A stretch of DNA of 64,000 bases, taken from assembly GCA_029554865.1 (NCBI GenBank), contig JAKPUX010000233.1, positions 23,003 through 87,002 on the forward strand, in the 5' to 3' direction. Positions 20,002 to 28,069 of this stretch are shown here, piece by piece. The first letter of the stretch is position 1, and every line of letters starts with the position of its first letter. A model generated the notes under the pieces. That model searched no databases and was not told the DNA's origin. It saw only the letters and a list, made by a program, of their open reading frames with translations. The translations under genes were made by a program, and so were the position numbers. The stretch is from a bacterium. GTDB taxonomy: Bacteria > Zhuqueibacterota > Zhuqueibacteria > Residuimicrobiales > Residuimicrobiaceae.

Positions 20002-20636
20002 TCGCTTTCCAGCACAGTATCGATCTCCAGCCTGGAGATGGCGCCCTCGCGCAGTACACGCACGGGCAGCCTGGTCACATCGACCACCGTGGAGGGTGTC
20101 GTCGAGAGGGTTTCGGAACCGTCGATGATCAAATCGAGCTCATCACCGAATTTTTCATTCACCTGCTCCGCAGTCACCGCCGGGGGCTCATTGCTCCGGT
20201 TGGCGCTTGTGGAGATGATCGGAAAACCGCTGCTCTTGAGCAGCGCCAGGCAGATGGGGCAGTCGGGAATCCGGACGGCGATGGTGTGGGAACGATGAAA
20301 GGGCGAGCCCACCAGCTCCCTGGATGCGCGAAAAACCATGGTCAAGGGACCAGGCCAAAAATTCTCCATCAGACGCTCTGCCGCCTCCGGTATCTCCTCC
20401 ACCAGATCGCCGACCTGGATGATATCGGCTGCAATGACGATCAGGGCCTTGCTGCGATCGCGGCTTTTTAGATTGTAGATCCGGTCGACCGCGGCAGCAG
20501 AAAAGATGTTCGAACCGATGCCGTAGACGGTTTCAGTGGGGTAGCCGATGACTCCGTCCTTGCGCAGTATGCGGACAGCGCGGCTGATCAGATCGTCCTC
20601 GGGCTGCTTGGAATTAATTTTGATGGTTTCGCTCAT
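19998..20636 (-). CDS. tsaC: L-threonylcarbamoyladenylate synthase (YrdC/TsaC type)
   Basis: GVIGYPTETVYGIG and FWPGPLT motifs; about 210 aa single-domain form. Confidence 0.85.
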   Translation of the reverse strand: MSETIKINSKQPEDDLISRAVRILRKDGVIGYPTETVYGIGSNIFSAAAVDRIYNLKSRDRSKALIVIAADIIQVGDLVEEIPEAAERLMENFWPGPLTMVFRASRELVGSPFHRSHTIAVRIPDCPICLALLKSSGFPIISTSANRSNEPPAVTAEQVNEKFGDELDLIIDGSETLSTTPSTVVDVTRLPVRVLREGAISRLEIDTVLESD

Positions 20637-21681
20637 GCTTGCTCTTCCGCATGATGAGATTGCTCAGCTCCGCAAAGACCATTTCGGGCGGAATCCCGGT
20701 CATGCATTTATGCGTACCGATGGGACAGCTATTGCCGCCGTGAATCGAACAGGGCCGGCAGGGCAATTCAATTTGAACGATCACAGAGCCCGCGCTGAGG
20801 GGACCAAAACCGAACTTGGGTATGGTGGGACCGAAGAGAGCCACCGCCGCCGTGCCCATGGCGGAGGCGAGATGCAGGGGGGCGCTGTCATTGCTCACCA
20901 GCACCTCCGCGCGTCCTATCAGCTCGGCGGACTGACGCAGGCTGAGCTCGCCGGCGCTGTTGACCCAGAATCCGGTCAGCCCCTCGCTGATCTCCGTACA
21001 CAGGGTCCGGTCGCCCCTGCTGCCGATCCAGACCAGACGCCATCCGGACGCCAGGACCATCTCCGCCAGCCTGCGATAGGATTCCGCTGGCCAGCGTTTG
21101 GTTGCCCAGATCGATCCCGGCGCGATGGCAATAAGCGCACCGGTCGTCCCGCCCAGGCTGGCCAGCATCCGATCGACAGCACGATGGTCGGCCTCGTCCG
21201 GGAATATCTCCGGCGGCACCAGACCCGGCTCTTGGCCCAACGCTCCGAGCAGGGCCAGGTTTCTCTCAACCTCATGGCGCTTCCGGTCATAAACCACCCG
21301 GTGAGTGAAAAGAAAAGCAGCGCTGCTGGTGGTAAAGCCGACACGCAGGGCCGCCCGCGTCCACCAGGCTAAAAACGCACTGCGCAGGGAGCGGTGCGGT
21401 ACCAGGACCAGATCATACCTTTCACGCCGCAGCCGACCGGCCAAGGCAAGCAGGGAACGCACGCCCGCATCGCGCCCGCGCTTGTCATAGAGGGTGAGAC
21501 GGTGCAGCGCGGGATTGTTCTCCAGGCTGTTCGCGGCTGACGGAATGACCAGGGCGTCGATCGACGCCTGCGGAAAAAGATCATGGCTCGCCCGGATCAA
21601 GGGCGACACCAGCACGACATCACCGATAAAGGCGGTTTGAATGATCAGTATCTTTTCAATCTTGTGCAACCGGATTCCCAT
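20614..21681 (-). CDS. glycosyltransferase family 9 (heptosyltransferase-like)
   Basis: ILIIQTAFIGDVVLVSPLI and C-terminal NDSAPLHLASAMGTAAVALFGPT. Start is ATG 21681; the 105-codon upstream extension overlaps the acyltransferase gene. Confidence 0.8.
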   Translation of the reverse strand: MGIRLHKIEKILIIQTAFIGDVVLVSPLIRASHDLFPQASIDALVIPSAANSLENNPALHRLTLYDKRGRDAGVRSLLALAGRLRRERYDLVLVPHRSLRSAFLAWWTRAALRVGFTTSSAAFLFTHRVVYDRKRHEVERNLALLGALGQEPGLVPPEIFPDEADHRAVDRMLASLGGTTGALIAIAPGSIWATKRWPAESYRRLAEMVLASGWRLVWIGSRGDRTLCTEISEGLTGFWVNSAGELSLRQSAELIGRAEVLVSNDSAPLHLASAMGTAAVALFGPTIPKFGFGPLSAGSVIVQIELPCRPCSIHGGNSCPIGTHKCMTGIPPEMVFAELSNLIMRKSKHERNHQN

Positions 21682-22579
21682 CCTCTGCCGGACCCGCCGG
21701 GGGTGATGTCTTCCATCGCTTGTGCATCCACAGCCAGTGGTCGGGATGGAGACGGATATAGTTTTCGAGCAATCGGGCGTGCCGCTGGGTAAGCTCGTGA
21801 ATATTCTCGGGCGTGACCCCCTGCAGGTCCCGATGATCGATCTCCTCAAGCTGAAGTGTATGCCGGCCCGCTTGCCCGCGCACAACCACGCCGAAGATGA
21901 GAGGCGCCCCCGTCTTGAGAGCGAAAAGGGCCGGCCCGGACGCCGTCGAGGAGGGCCGATTGAGGAAATCGACAAAAACTCCCTCGTTGTGCGCATCCTG
22001 ATCCGCGAGGATGGTCACGAACTTGTTGGCTTTGAGGGCGCGAAAGATCGTGCGCACGCCCATGCCCAGATGGGTGATCTCCACCCCCCAGCCGGTTCGT
22101 GTCTGATTGATGAGCTTGTTGACCAGGGGATTGCGCTGGTCGCGCGCCAATCCCACCATGGGAAATCCCAACCGGTGAATCACGGCGGGGAAGAACTCCC
22201 AGTTGCCAAAATGTCCGGAGAGACAAATGGCGCCGCGGCCTTCATGCCCCGCACGCTCAAGCAGTTCACCACCCACGACGCTGATATACTCCCGGTAAAA
22301 GCGGTCGTCCATCTTCGGCATGCGGATGAACTCGACGATGTTCTGGCCGAAGTTGCGGTAGACCTGTCTGCAGATAGCACGTACCTCGTCATCACTTTTT
22401 TCCGGAAAGGAACGGGCGATATTCTGCAGCGCCACCTCCCTGCGGATGGGGACGATATGATAGACAAAGCCGCCCAGCCTGACGCCCAAACGCAGGGCGA
22501 GCCGATGCGGCATGAGACGAACCGGAAAAACCAGGAGCTGGACGAGCAGATACTCGACGACATTCTGGATCTGTTTCAT
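21656..22579 (-). CDS. lipid A biosynthesis (LpxL/HtrB-type) lysophospholipid acyltransferase
   Basis: N-terminal TM segment, the LSGHFGNWEF (HX4-type) acyltransferase motif and about 300 aa, in an LPS-core context. Confidence 0.7.
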   Translation of the reverse strand: MKQIQNVVEYLLVQLLVFPVRLMPHRLALRLGVRLGGFVYHIVPIRREVALQNIARSFPEKSDDEVRAICRQVYRNFGQNIVEFIRMPKMDDRFYREYISVVGGELLERAGHEGRGAICLSGHFGNWEFFPAVIHRLGFPMVGLARDQRNPLVNKLINQTRTGWGVEITHLGMGVRTIFRALKANKFVTILADQDAHNEGVFVDFLNRPSSTASGPALFALKTGAPLIFGVVVRGQAGRHTLQLEEIDHRDLQGVTPENIHELTQRHARLLENYIRLHPDHWLWMHKRWKTSPPAGPAEDGNPVAQD

Positions 22580-22609
22580 CTTTTAATGTACTGAAATCTG
22601 CAGAAATAT

Positions 22610-23671
22610 TCAAGATCTGATTCCATCCTCCCCGCCGGGCTCCCCTTCCGGCGGCTCCTCCTCATCATCCTCTTCATCCCGGCGCGGCATGAGATGGGGC
22701 GCAACCCAGGGGGTCTCGTATCCCCCCTCCCCCTCGGCGGGCAGGCGCAGTACATCCCCCTCCCCGAGCTGGCGGGCGCTCTCCCATTCACGCAGCTGGC
22801 GCCGGTTGCGCCGGCGGACCAGCAAGACCACAATGAGAAACAGCAAGGGAAGAGCGAGCCAGATCAGTTCGTCCACTTCGCTGAGCCAGAGCCACTTTTC
22901 CGTTTTTTCAAGATGGCCGCGCCATTCCTCCTCAAATCCGCTCATCGTGCTTCCGGTGGCGCGCATTAAGATCGCATCACTGCTTTCGCCCGCGGCGTAC
23001 CCATCCAGAATGGCGCGCAAAGCCTCGATATCATAAGTGGCCAGCAGGTAGCGCACCGCTGAATAGCTTTGTTCGTAGGCCAGTTGGGCGCGATCGCGGT
23101 GAAAATTGAGGACCTCATCGATCTCCTGCAGCGGTATCAGCGATCCGGTGGCGAGGGCGCGCGAGATCCGACTTCTCTTTTCGTACTGTTCATGCTCGGA
23201 ATAAAAGATCGCCAATCCCTCGTCGAGCCAGCGCGGCAGCTCCCGGTTCCCGAGCCTTTGATGAAGCAGCAAGTGTAACAGCTCATGCACCAGACTCTGG
23301 CTGTAGGAGGATTCAGGGCGGTCCCAGCGCGGGGAGCGGACCATCATTGTCGAGGTGGCAGGCACAGCGAAAGCCTGGGTCCATTCCGGCATATGGCCGC
23401 GCAGATAATCCCTGAAGCTCTCCCTGGTAGGAACAATGATGACGCGGAGGGTATCGCGGGGTACTAGTTGCAGATCATGTGCAATCTCCTCAGCGGCCCG
23501 CTCCAGAATGGAACGGGTCTCCTCCAGCAGCCTGCTGTCTTCTATAGTGTAATAGATACAGAGAGTACCGGAGCAGTGCCGGAGGTAGCTCACGCCCTCT
23601 GTTGAAGCCGTAGCCGCGAAGGAAAAGGCGAGGAGAAGGGTAATAATGAGGAGAGCCAGCGGGACTCTCAT
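22610..23671 (-). CDS. peptidase MA-like (Peptidase_MA_2-type) zinc metalloprotease, membrane-anchored
   Basis: Signal/anchor MRVPLALLIITLLLAF, then HELLH (HExxH) followed by RWLDEGLAIFYSE (gluzincin third-ligand region). A C-terminal TM (LIWLALPLLFLIVVLLV) and an acidic tail follow. Confidence 0.6.
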   Translation of the reverse strand: MRVPLALLIITLLLAFSFAATASTEGVSYLRHCSGTLCIYYTIEDSRLLEETRSILERAAEEIAHDLQLVPRDTLRVIIVPTRESFRDYLRGHMPEWTQAFAVPATSTMMVRSPRWDRPESSYSQSLVHELLHLLLHQRLGNRELPRWLDEGLAIFYSEHEQYEKRSRISRALATGSLIPLQEIDEVLNFHRDRAQLAYEQSYSAVRYLLATYDIEALRAILDGYAAGESSDAILMRATGSTMSGFEEEWRGHLEKTEKWLWLSEVDELIWLALPLLFLIVVLLVRRRNRRQLREWESARQLGEGDVLRLPAEGEGGYETPWVAPHLMPRRDEEDDEEEPPEGEPGGEDGIRS

Positions 23672-24042
23672 AGCGCATCCGGCCTGTGCATATATTCGCT
23701 GACAGCAGCGCCCATAGCGAGGATCTGTTCCATGGCGGCTTCGCGCATGCACTCGGGATGATGTTCAGCACATTCTTGCAGGCGGCATTGCCTGAGTTGG
23801 GCCGGACAGCCCTTCGCCGCCCTGAGATCGCCCCGGGCCCGCAGCGCCATCTGCAGCTCCTCCTGGGGGAATCTGCGGCCGCGCATTTTGATGCCGAATT
23901 CGACGGTCTTTTCCCACACAAAGCGGTGGGCTTCGAGCAGCCCGGCCGGGGGCAGCGCCTCCAGCTGCTCCTGCAGACCGCCGCCGCAGAGGAGCGCGCG
24001 CAGCAGATCCAGCTTTGTACTATAGGGCAGCGCCATGATCAT
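23668..24042 (-). CDS. hypothetical helical protein with C-terminal Cys/His cluster
   Basis: 124 aa with the cluster CPAQLRQCRLQECAEHHPEC near the C-terminus. ATGA overlap with the downstream peptidase gene. No family recognised. Confidence 0.4.
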   Translation of the reverse strand: MIMALPYSTKLDLLRALLCGGGLQEQLEALPPAGLLEAHRFVWEKTVEFGIKMRGRRFPQEELQMALRARGDLRAAKGCPAQLRQCRLQECAEHHPECMREAAMEQILAMGAAVSEYMHRPDAL

Positions 24043-24084
24043 CCCGTCTCCAGCAAGGTCATTGGCTTCATGCCTCCATACTCC

Positions 24085-24549
24085 TCACAGCTTCTCCAGC
24101 AGCAGGTCGAGCAGGGTCGTCACCACCTTGCGGACGCTTGCCGGTTTGTGCCCCTGATAAAAGAGAAATCTGGCGGAGGAGGAGAGGGCAATGTGCGGCC
24201 GTACTGCACTCTCGGGCACCGGCAGGGGTTGCAGGCCATGATCGGCCGCGATCACAAAGGGAGCCGCAAAAGAGGAGGATGCGAAGGTGACCATCTCCCG
24301 GCAGGCGGCATAGGCCTCTTCATCAAACCAGTTGAAGCAGAGCAGATACCCCAGCATCTTGCGGCCGACCAGATCCCAGGCGAAGCTGCGATCATAGCCG
24401 ATGCCGTAACAGTAGAGCACCAGTTCACGGTTGATCGGCATTTCCCCGAGCAGGATGCCGGCCTCGGTCTCATGAAGGATGGGACAAAAAGAGTGCAGAA
24501 ATGCGCCTTTGCCGTCACCCTCCGGTCCGACGACGACAATCTCAGCCAT
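24085..24549 (-). CDS. small GTPase-like protein with degenerate nucleotide-binding motifs
   Basis: MAEIVVVGPEGDGKG (P-loop with GKG instead of GK[ST]). G3 position reads YGIGYD (no DxxG) and G4 position reads IAADHG (no NKxD). The alternative start ATG 24585 adds 12 aa. Confidence 0.45.
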   Translation of the reverse strand: MAEIVVVGPEGDGKGAFLHSFCPILHETEAGILLGEMPINRELVLYCYGIGYDRSFAWDLVGRKMLGYLLCFNWFDEEAYAACREMVTFASSSFAAPFVIAADHGLQPLPVPESAVRPHIALSSSARFLFYQGHKPASVRKVVTTLLDLLLEKL

Positions 24550-24774
24550 ACGCTGAATGCCGCTTTCTTCGGATCGTCGCTGCATAGGGATGAGACCTTA
24601 TTGAAGGGGCCGGGAACACCCCCTGCCGCGGCGGCAGGGAGATGATGCCGGCAGATAATCAGGGTCGATGGGCGAGAAGCTTCTGGCGAATAAGCAGCAG
24701 ATCCGCCCGGTGCAGAAAAAGGGTATGGGTCAGGTTCGGGGAACCACCACCGGGCGCATCGGAACCATCAGCCT

Positions 24775-25872
24775 TCAAGAGAGGTTTTTTTTTTGATGGC
24801 CGTTGCGGGTGAAAAAAGAGGCCATGCGGGAGTAGGGTTCGGCCGACCTTTGGCGCGATTCCGAAACCTGCCTTATCATGCTGCTGGCGATGAGATCCGC
24901 ATCCGAGGCCTTTCCCGGTGAAATCACGATCAATTTCCGCTCCCAAAGCGCCTGGATCACCTCGATGGTGCGCAGCTCATCCTCGCCGAGTGAGGCGACC
25001 AGCAACCGGATGGGCTGCGGCCGTTCGAGGAGTTCCCAGATGCGCGCCTCCCGCTCCGGCAGCTCCGGGCGGACCACATCCGCTGCGCGCGCGACATAAC
25101 TCTCCACAGAGGGCAGCTGCGCACTCCGCTGCCTGTACTCGTGGAGGCGTTGTGCCCCGGCCAGCAGCAGCTCTCGGTTCGACCTGATAATCCTGCGCTC
25201 ACGCTGCACTGGCTGCATCGTCAGTTCGAAATAGCCATGCAGCCACAACATCAGATTATCGAGCGCCTCCTCGGCGGTAGAATCCCTCAGCACTGCATCC
25301 ACAACCTCCCCCTGGTCGACGAAAAGGTAGCCCTCATCGGGCTCCTGCACCAGATGAATCATCGCGGATTTCTTGCCGAGTTCGAGGGTCTGGATCAGAT
25401 CCATGAGGCTCATCTCTTCGAGGCTGCCCGTGAAACCCTGGTTCAAGGGAACATCCCCACCGGGTGTGACCGCGCTTTCGCGCAGAATCGATTCCACACG
25501 GGCCACCACCTCTTCGGGATAATAGGGTTTGGCGATAAAATCATCGATCTCCAGGGAGAGAAGCTTGAGGCGCGTCTCCAGCTCCGGCAGCCGGGTGATG
25601 AAGATGAAGGGGGTGTCCTGGGTGTCGGCATGAGCGCGAATCCGCCTGAAGAGATCGGCGCCGTCGATGCCCGGCTGCTCGAGCTCACTGAGAATAAGCA
25701 GTGGAGGAGCTGCGAAGGCGTGCTCAAGGGCGGCGGCGCTTTCAGCGATGACTATGCTCTCGAGATGATGGTCATGCAGGGCGTTGACCAGCTGCGTGGT
25801 CGCCGCTGAGGCTGCATCGACAATGAGGATGTTCTGCCTGGGAGTATTAGGGCCTGACATGTCCGTTTCCAA
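24775..25872 (-). CDS. atypical receiver (Glu at phospho-acceptor) + PATAN/DUF4388 domain protein
   Basis: Receiver: ILIVDAAS...LLILSELEQPGIDG...FIFITR...IAKP. PATAN: FTGSLEEMSLMDLIQTLELGKKSAMIHL...FVDQGEVVDA. Codon 25686-25684 is GAG (Glu63) where Asp is expected. Confidence 0.7.
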   Translation of the reverse strand: METDMSGPNTPRQNILIVDAASAATTQLVNALHDHHLESIVIAESAAALEHAFAAPPLLILSELEQPGIDGADLFRRIRAHADTQDTPFIFITRLPELETRLKLLSLEIDDFIAKPYYPEEVVARVESILRESAVTPGGDVPLNQGFTGSLEEMSLMDLIQTLELGKKSAMIHLVQEPDEGYLFVDQGEVVDAVLRDSTAEEALDNLMLWLHGYFELTMQPVQRERRIIRSNRELLLAGAQRLHEYRQRSAQLPSVESYVARAADVVRPELPEREARIWELLERPQPIRLLVASLGEDELRTIEVIQALWERKLIVISPGKASDADLIASSMIRQVSESRQRSAEPYSRMASFFTRNGHQKKNLS

Positions 25873-25875
25873 ACC

Positions 25876-27918
25876 TCAGGAGGTAGTCTGTATGGTCTTG
25901 GTCCGCGCATCGCGCCGGGCCTGAGGCCGGTAAAAAGTCTCAAAGAGGCGGAAGATGATCCGCCGGGAATTGACGACCGAGAAATCACTGACCAGCTGCA
26001 GGCCGTCCCGCTCCCGCAATCCCAGCCTCTGACGGATGGTCTGCACCTCGAGCGGTTTTTTCAGGTATTCATTATAGCTAAAGACAATGATCGCCGGCAG
26101 GCTGGTTTTTTCGCGCAGCACCTGGCGGAGGTAGCGCTGATACCCCCAATCCACACTGCGGCCGTCGATGAGGAAGATAAAGCCGAGCAGGGAGCCGGCG
26201 AAAAAGTCGATGACCGGGGCGAACTCTCGTTCCAGCGAGAGGGCGATGAGATTGAGCAGATGGCCACCCTTGAACTCGGCGGTGCCGAGGATCAAATCCG
26301 AATCGGCGGGCTGCAGGGCGCTCTTCTCCTGCACCGCATCGATGGCGAGGTTGGCGATCATCTGGCGGCACAGTTCGCGGTTGTTGCCGAGAATCAGGAT
26401 GCTGCCGTGGGCACTGCGGAATTTCTCCTGTATCCTGACATGCTGTTCCAGTTCGCGCACCTCGTCCGCCCCCTCCTCTTCTTCGGGAACGGGTTCAGAA
26501 GGCGGGGCTTCGGCCAATTCCTCTTCCGCACCGATTTCGAGCAGGGCATCGGCGGGATGGTGCGGAATGACCCGGTCGAGATCGGAAAAGACCGATCCCC
26601 CCTCCAGGCTCCTGCTGCCGGCGAAAAGATCCTGGCCCTCCTCCTCGGCGCGGCGAAGATCATAAAAGAGATCCTTGTCGAAGCTGCTGTCGGAATTCCA
26701 CGCGGAGGAATCCGGAGCAAGGGGCTGGAGCACACCCGGCTCCTCCACAAAGAGGGGCGTCTCCTCTCCGGCAGGAAGGGGCTCCGCTTCGGGGGAGCTC
26801 CCGTCGATCTGCTCGTGCAGCAGCTCCTCTGTGGTTTCCGATCCGATCGCTTTTTCCACATGTTCCAGACCGGAAGAAGGAAGGACTCCCGCCTGACCCG
26901 CCATCTCCGGCGCCTGCTCCACTGCACGGGAAGTTTCACCCAGCTCGTCGGCCGGCTCAAAATCCCGCAAAGAATGGAGAAATCCGAGTTCGTAGAGCTT
27001 GAGAATCCGGTTCAGAGTGGTGATTTCATCATACTTGCTCTCATCGATGATCCGGCCGAGTGAATGGGCGCCATCGAACAGCCGGACAAAATACTCAAGA
27101 TCGGAGGCCAATTCTTTTTTCGCGATGATCTTTTTAAAGTTTTGCGTCGTCACCAGAACCGTCTCCAGCGCGGGCAACCTGTGCAACAGCTCTTCGCGTT
27201 GTTCCATTCTCTTGGCTCCTTGCAGTAACAACCCCATATTGCTGACGCCGATCTCATCTGTCCCATCAACAGGAGCAAAAACCATAGTGAAGCGGCCCTT
27301 TTTCCACGAGAGCATTTTCAGGACCGCCTCCTCGCTGCGCTGCAGGCCGGCTGAGGCGCGAATGACCGCCCCCTCCTTGAAGACTATCCGCCCCGAAACT
27401 CCGTTCTCATTGTTCAGGGTGAGCACGCCGCTTTTACGCTCGGCGCCGAAGACCTCGATCAACTCGACCGCGCCGAGATCGGCCAGACGGCCGCTGAATT
27501 GGCTGCGGCTCCGCTTCAAGAGCTGCCGGTAGCGCTCCTGGCGCTTGAGCACCATCTGCACGCGCATGACAATCTCACGGACGTGGATCGGCTTGATGAT
27601 GTAATCCTTGGCGCCCAGCTTGAAGCTTTTAACCCGGTTCCAGACATCGCTCTTCTGGGTGAGAAAGATCACTGAGCAGCTGCGGTTGAGGGGCGACTGC
27701 TGGGCCTGTTCCAGAAGGGCATAGCCGTCTATTCCGGGAGCAGATACTTCAGACAAAATGGCGTCAAAGGAACGGGCGGTGATCTTCTCAAGGGCTTCGC
27801 TATCGTTGGCGGCGGTATCGACATCAAACTGGAGATCGAGGAAATTATTGCGCAAAATGCGGACATTTTTGGGATCGGGATCTATGAGCAGAATACTGAG
27901 CGGATTCATGGGATGCAT
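25876..27918 (-). CDS. atypical receiver (Glu at phospho-acceptor) + PATAN/DUF4388 + acidic linker + GTPase-like C-terminal domain
   Basis: Receiver: ILLIDPDP...DAILSEVSAPGIDG...VIFLTQ...IIKP, with GAA at 27750-27748 (Glu57). PATAN: FSGRLADLGAVELIEVFGAERKSGVLTL...FKEGAVIRA. An E/P/A/S-rich stretch of about 180 aa follows. The C-terminal region SILILGNNRE...LGFIFLIDG...PAIIVFSYNE has GTPase-like strand order but no GK[ST], DxxG or NKxD motif. Confidence 0.65.
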   Translation of the reverse strand: MHPMNPLSILLIDPDPKNVRILRNNFLDLQFDVDTAANDSEALEKITARSFDAILSEVSAPGIDGYALLEQAQQSPLNRSCSVIFLTQKSDVWNRVKSFKLGAKDYIIKPIHVREIVMRVQMVLKRQERYRQLLKRSRSQFSGRLADLGAVELIEVFGAERKSGVLTLNNENGVSGRIVFKEGAVIRASAGLQRSEEAVLKMLSWKKGRFTMVFAPVDGTDEIGVSNMGLLLQGAKRMEQREELLHRLPALETVLVTTQNFKKIIAKKELASDLEYFVRLFDGAHSLGRIIDESKYDEITTLNRILKLYELGFLHSLRDFEPADELGETSRAVEQAPEMAGQAGVLPSSGLEHVEKAIGSETTEELLHEQIDGSSPEAEPLPAGEETPLFVEEPGVLQPLAPDSSAWNSDSSFDKDLFYDLRRAEEEGQDLFAGSRSLEGGSVFSDLDRVIPHHPADALLEIGAEEELAEAPPSEPVPEEEEGADEVRELEQHVRIQEKFRSAHGSILILGNNRELCRQMIANLAIDAVQEKSALQPADSDLILGTAEFKGGHLLNLIALSLEREFAPVIDFFAGSLLGFIFLIDGRSVDWGYQRYLRQVLREKTSLPAIIVFSYNEYLKKPLEVQTIRQRLGLRERDGLQLVSDFSVVNSRRIIFRLFETFYRPQARRDARTKTIQTTS

Positions 27919-27960
27919 TTCCGGGTTGCCAATACAATGAGTGTGTTTTTAACCGATAAA

Positions 27961-27989
27961 AATTTATCTAAAAATATGCCCTATGTCAA
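27961..27989 (-). promoter_or_regulatory. sigma70-type promoter for the REC-PATAN operon
   Basis: Minus strand reads TTGACA (27989-27984), 17 nt, TAAATT (27966-27961). It lies in an AT-rich gap about 45 nt upstream of ATG 27918. Confidence 0.55.
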
Positions 27990-27999
27990 GGTTTTTCTT

Positions 28000-28028
28000 A
28001 AAAAAGAAAGCCGGGAAAACTCCCGGCT
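28000..28028 (-). terminator. rho-independent terminator after the anti-sigma gene
   Basis: Minus strand reads AGCCGGGA-GTTT-TCCCGGCT followed by TTCTTTTTT. Confidence 0.8.
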
Positions 28029-28069
28029 CTGTGTCCTTCATCGTCATTGTCGCATCTGCTCCAGCCGCC

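Noticed and set aside
24659-24946. 95-aa minus-strand ORF in and next to the spacer inside the REC-PATAN operon.
   Set aside because: It overlaps the 3' end of the 365-aa gene out of frame, has no RBS, and its composition looks non-coding.
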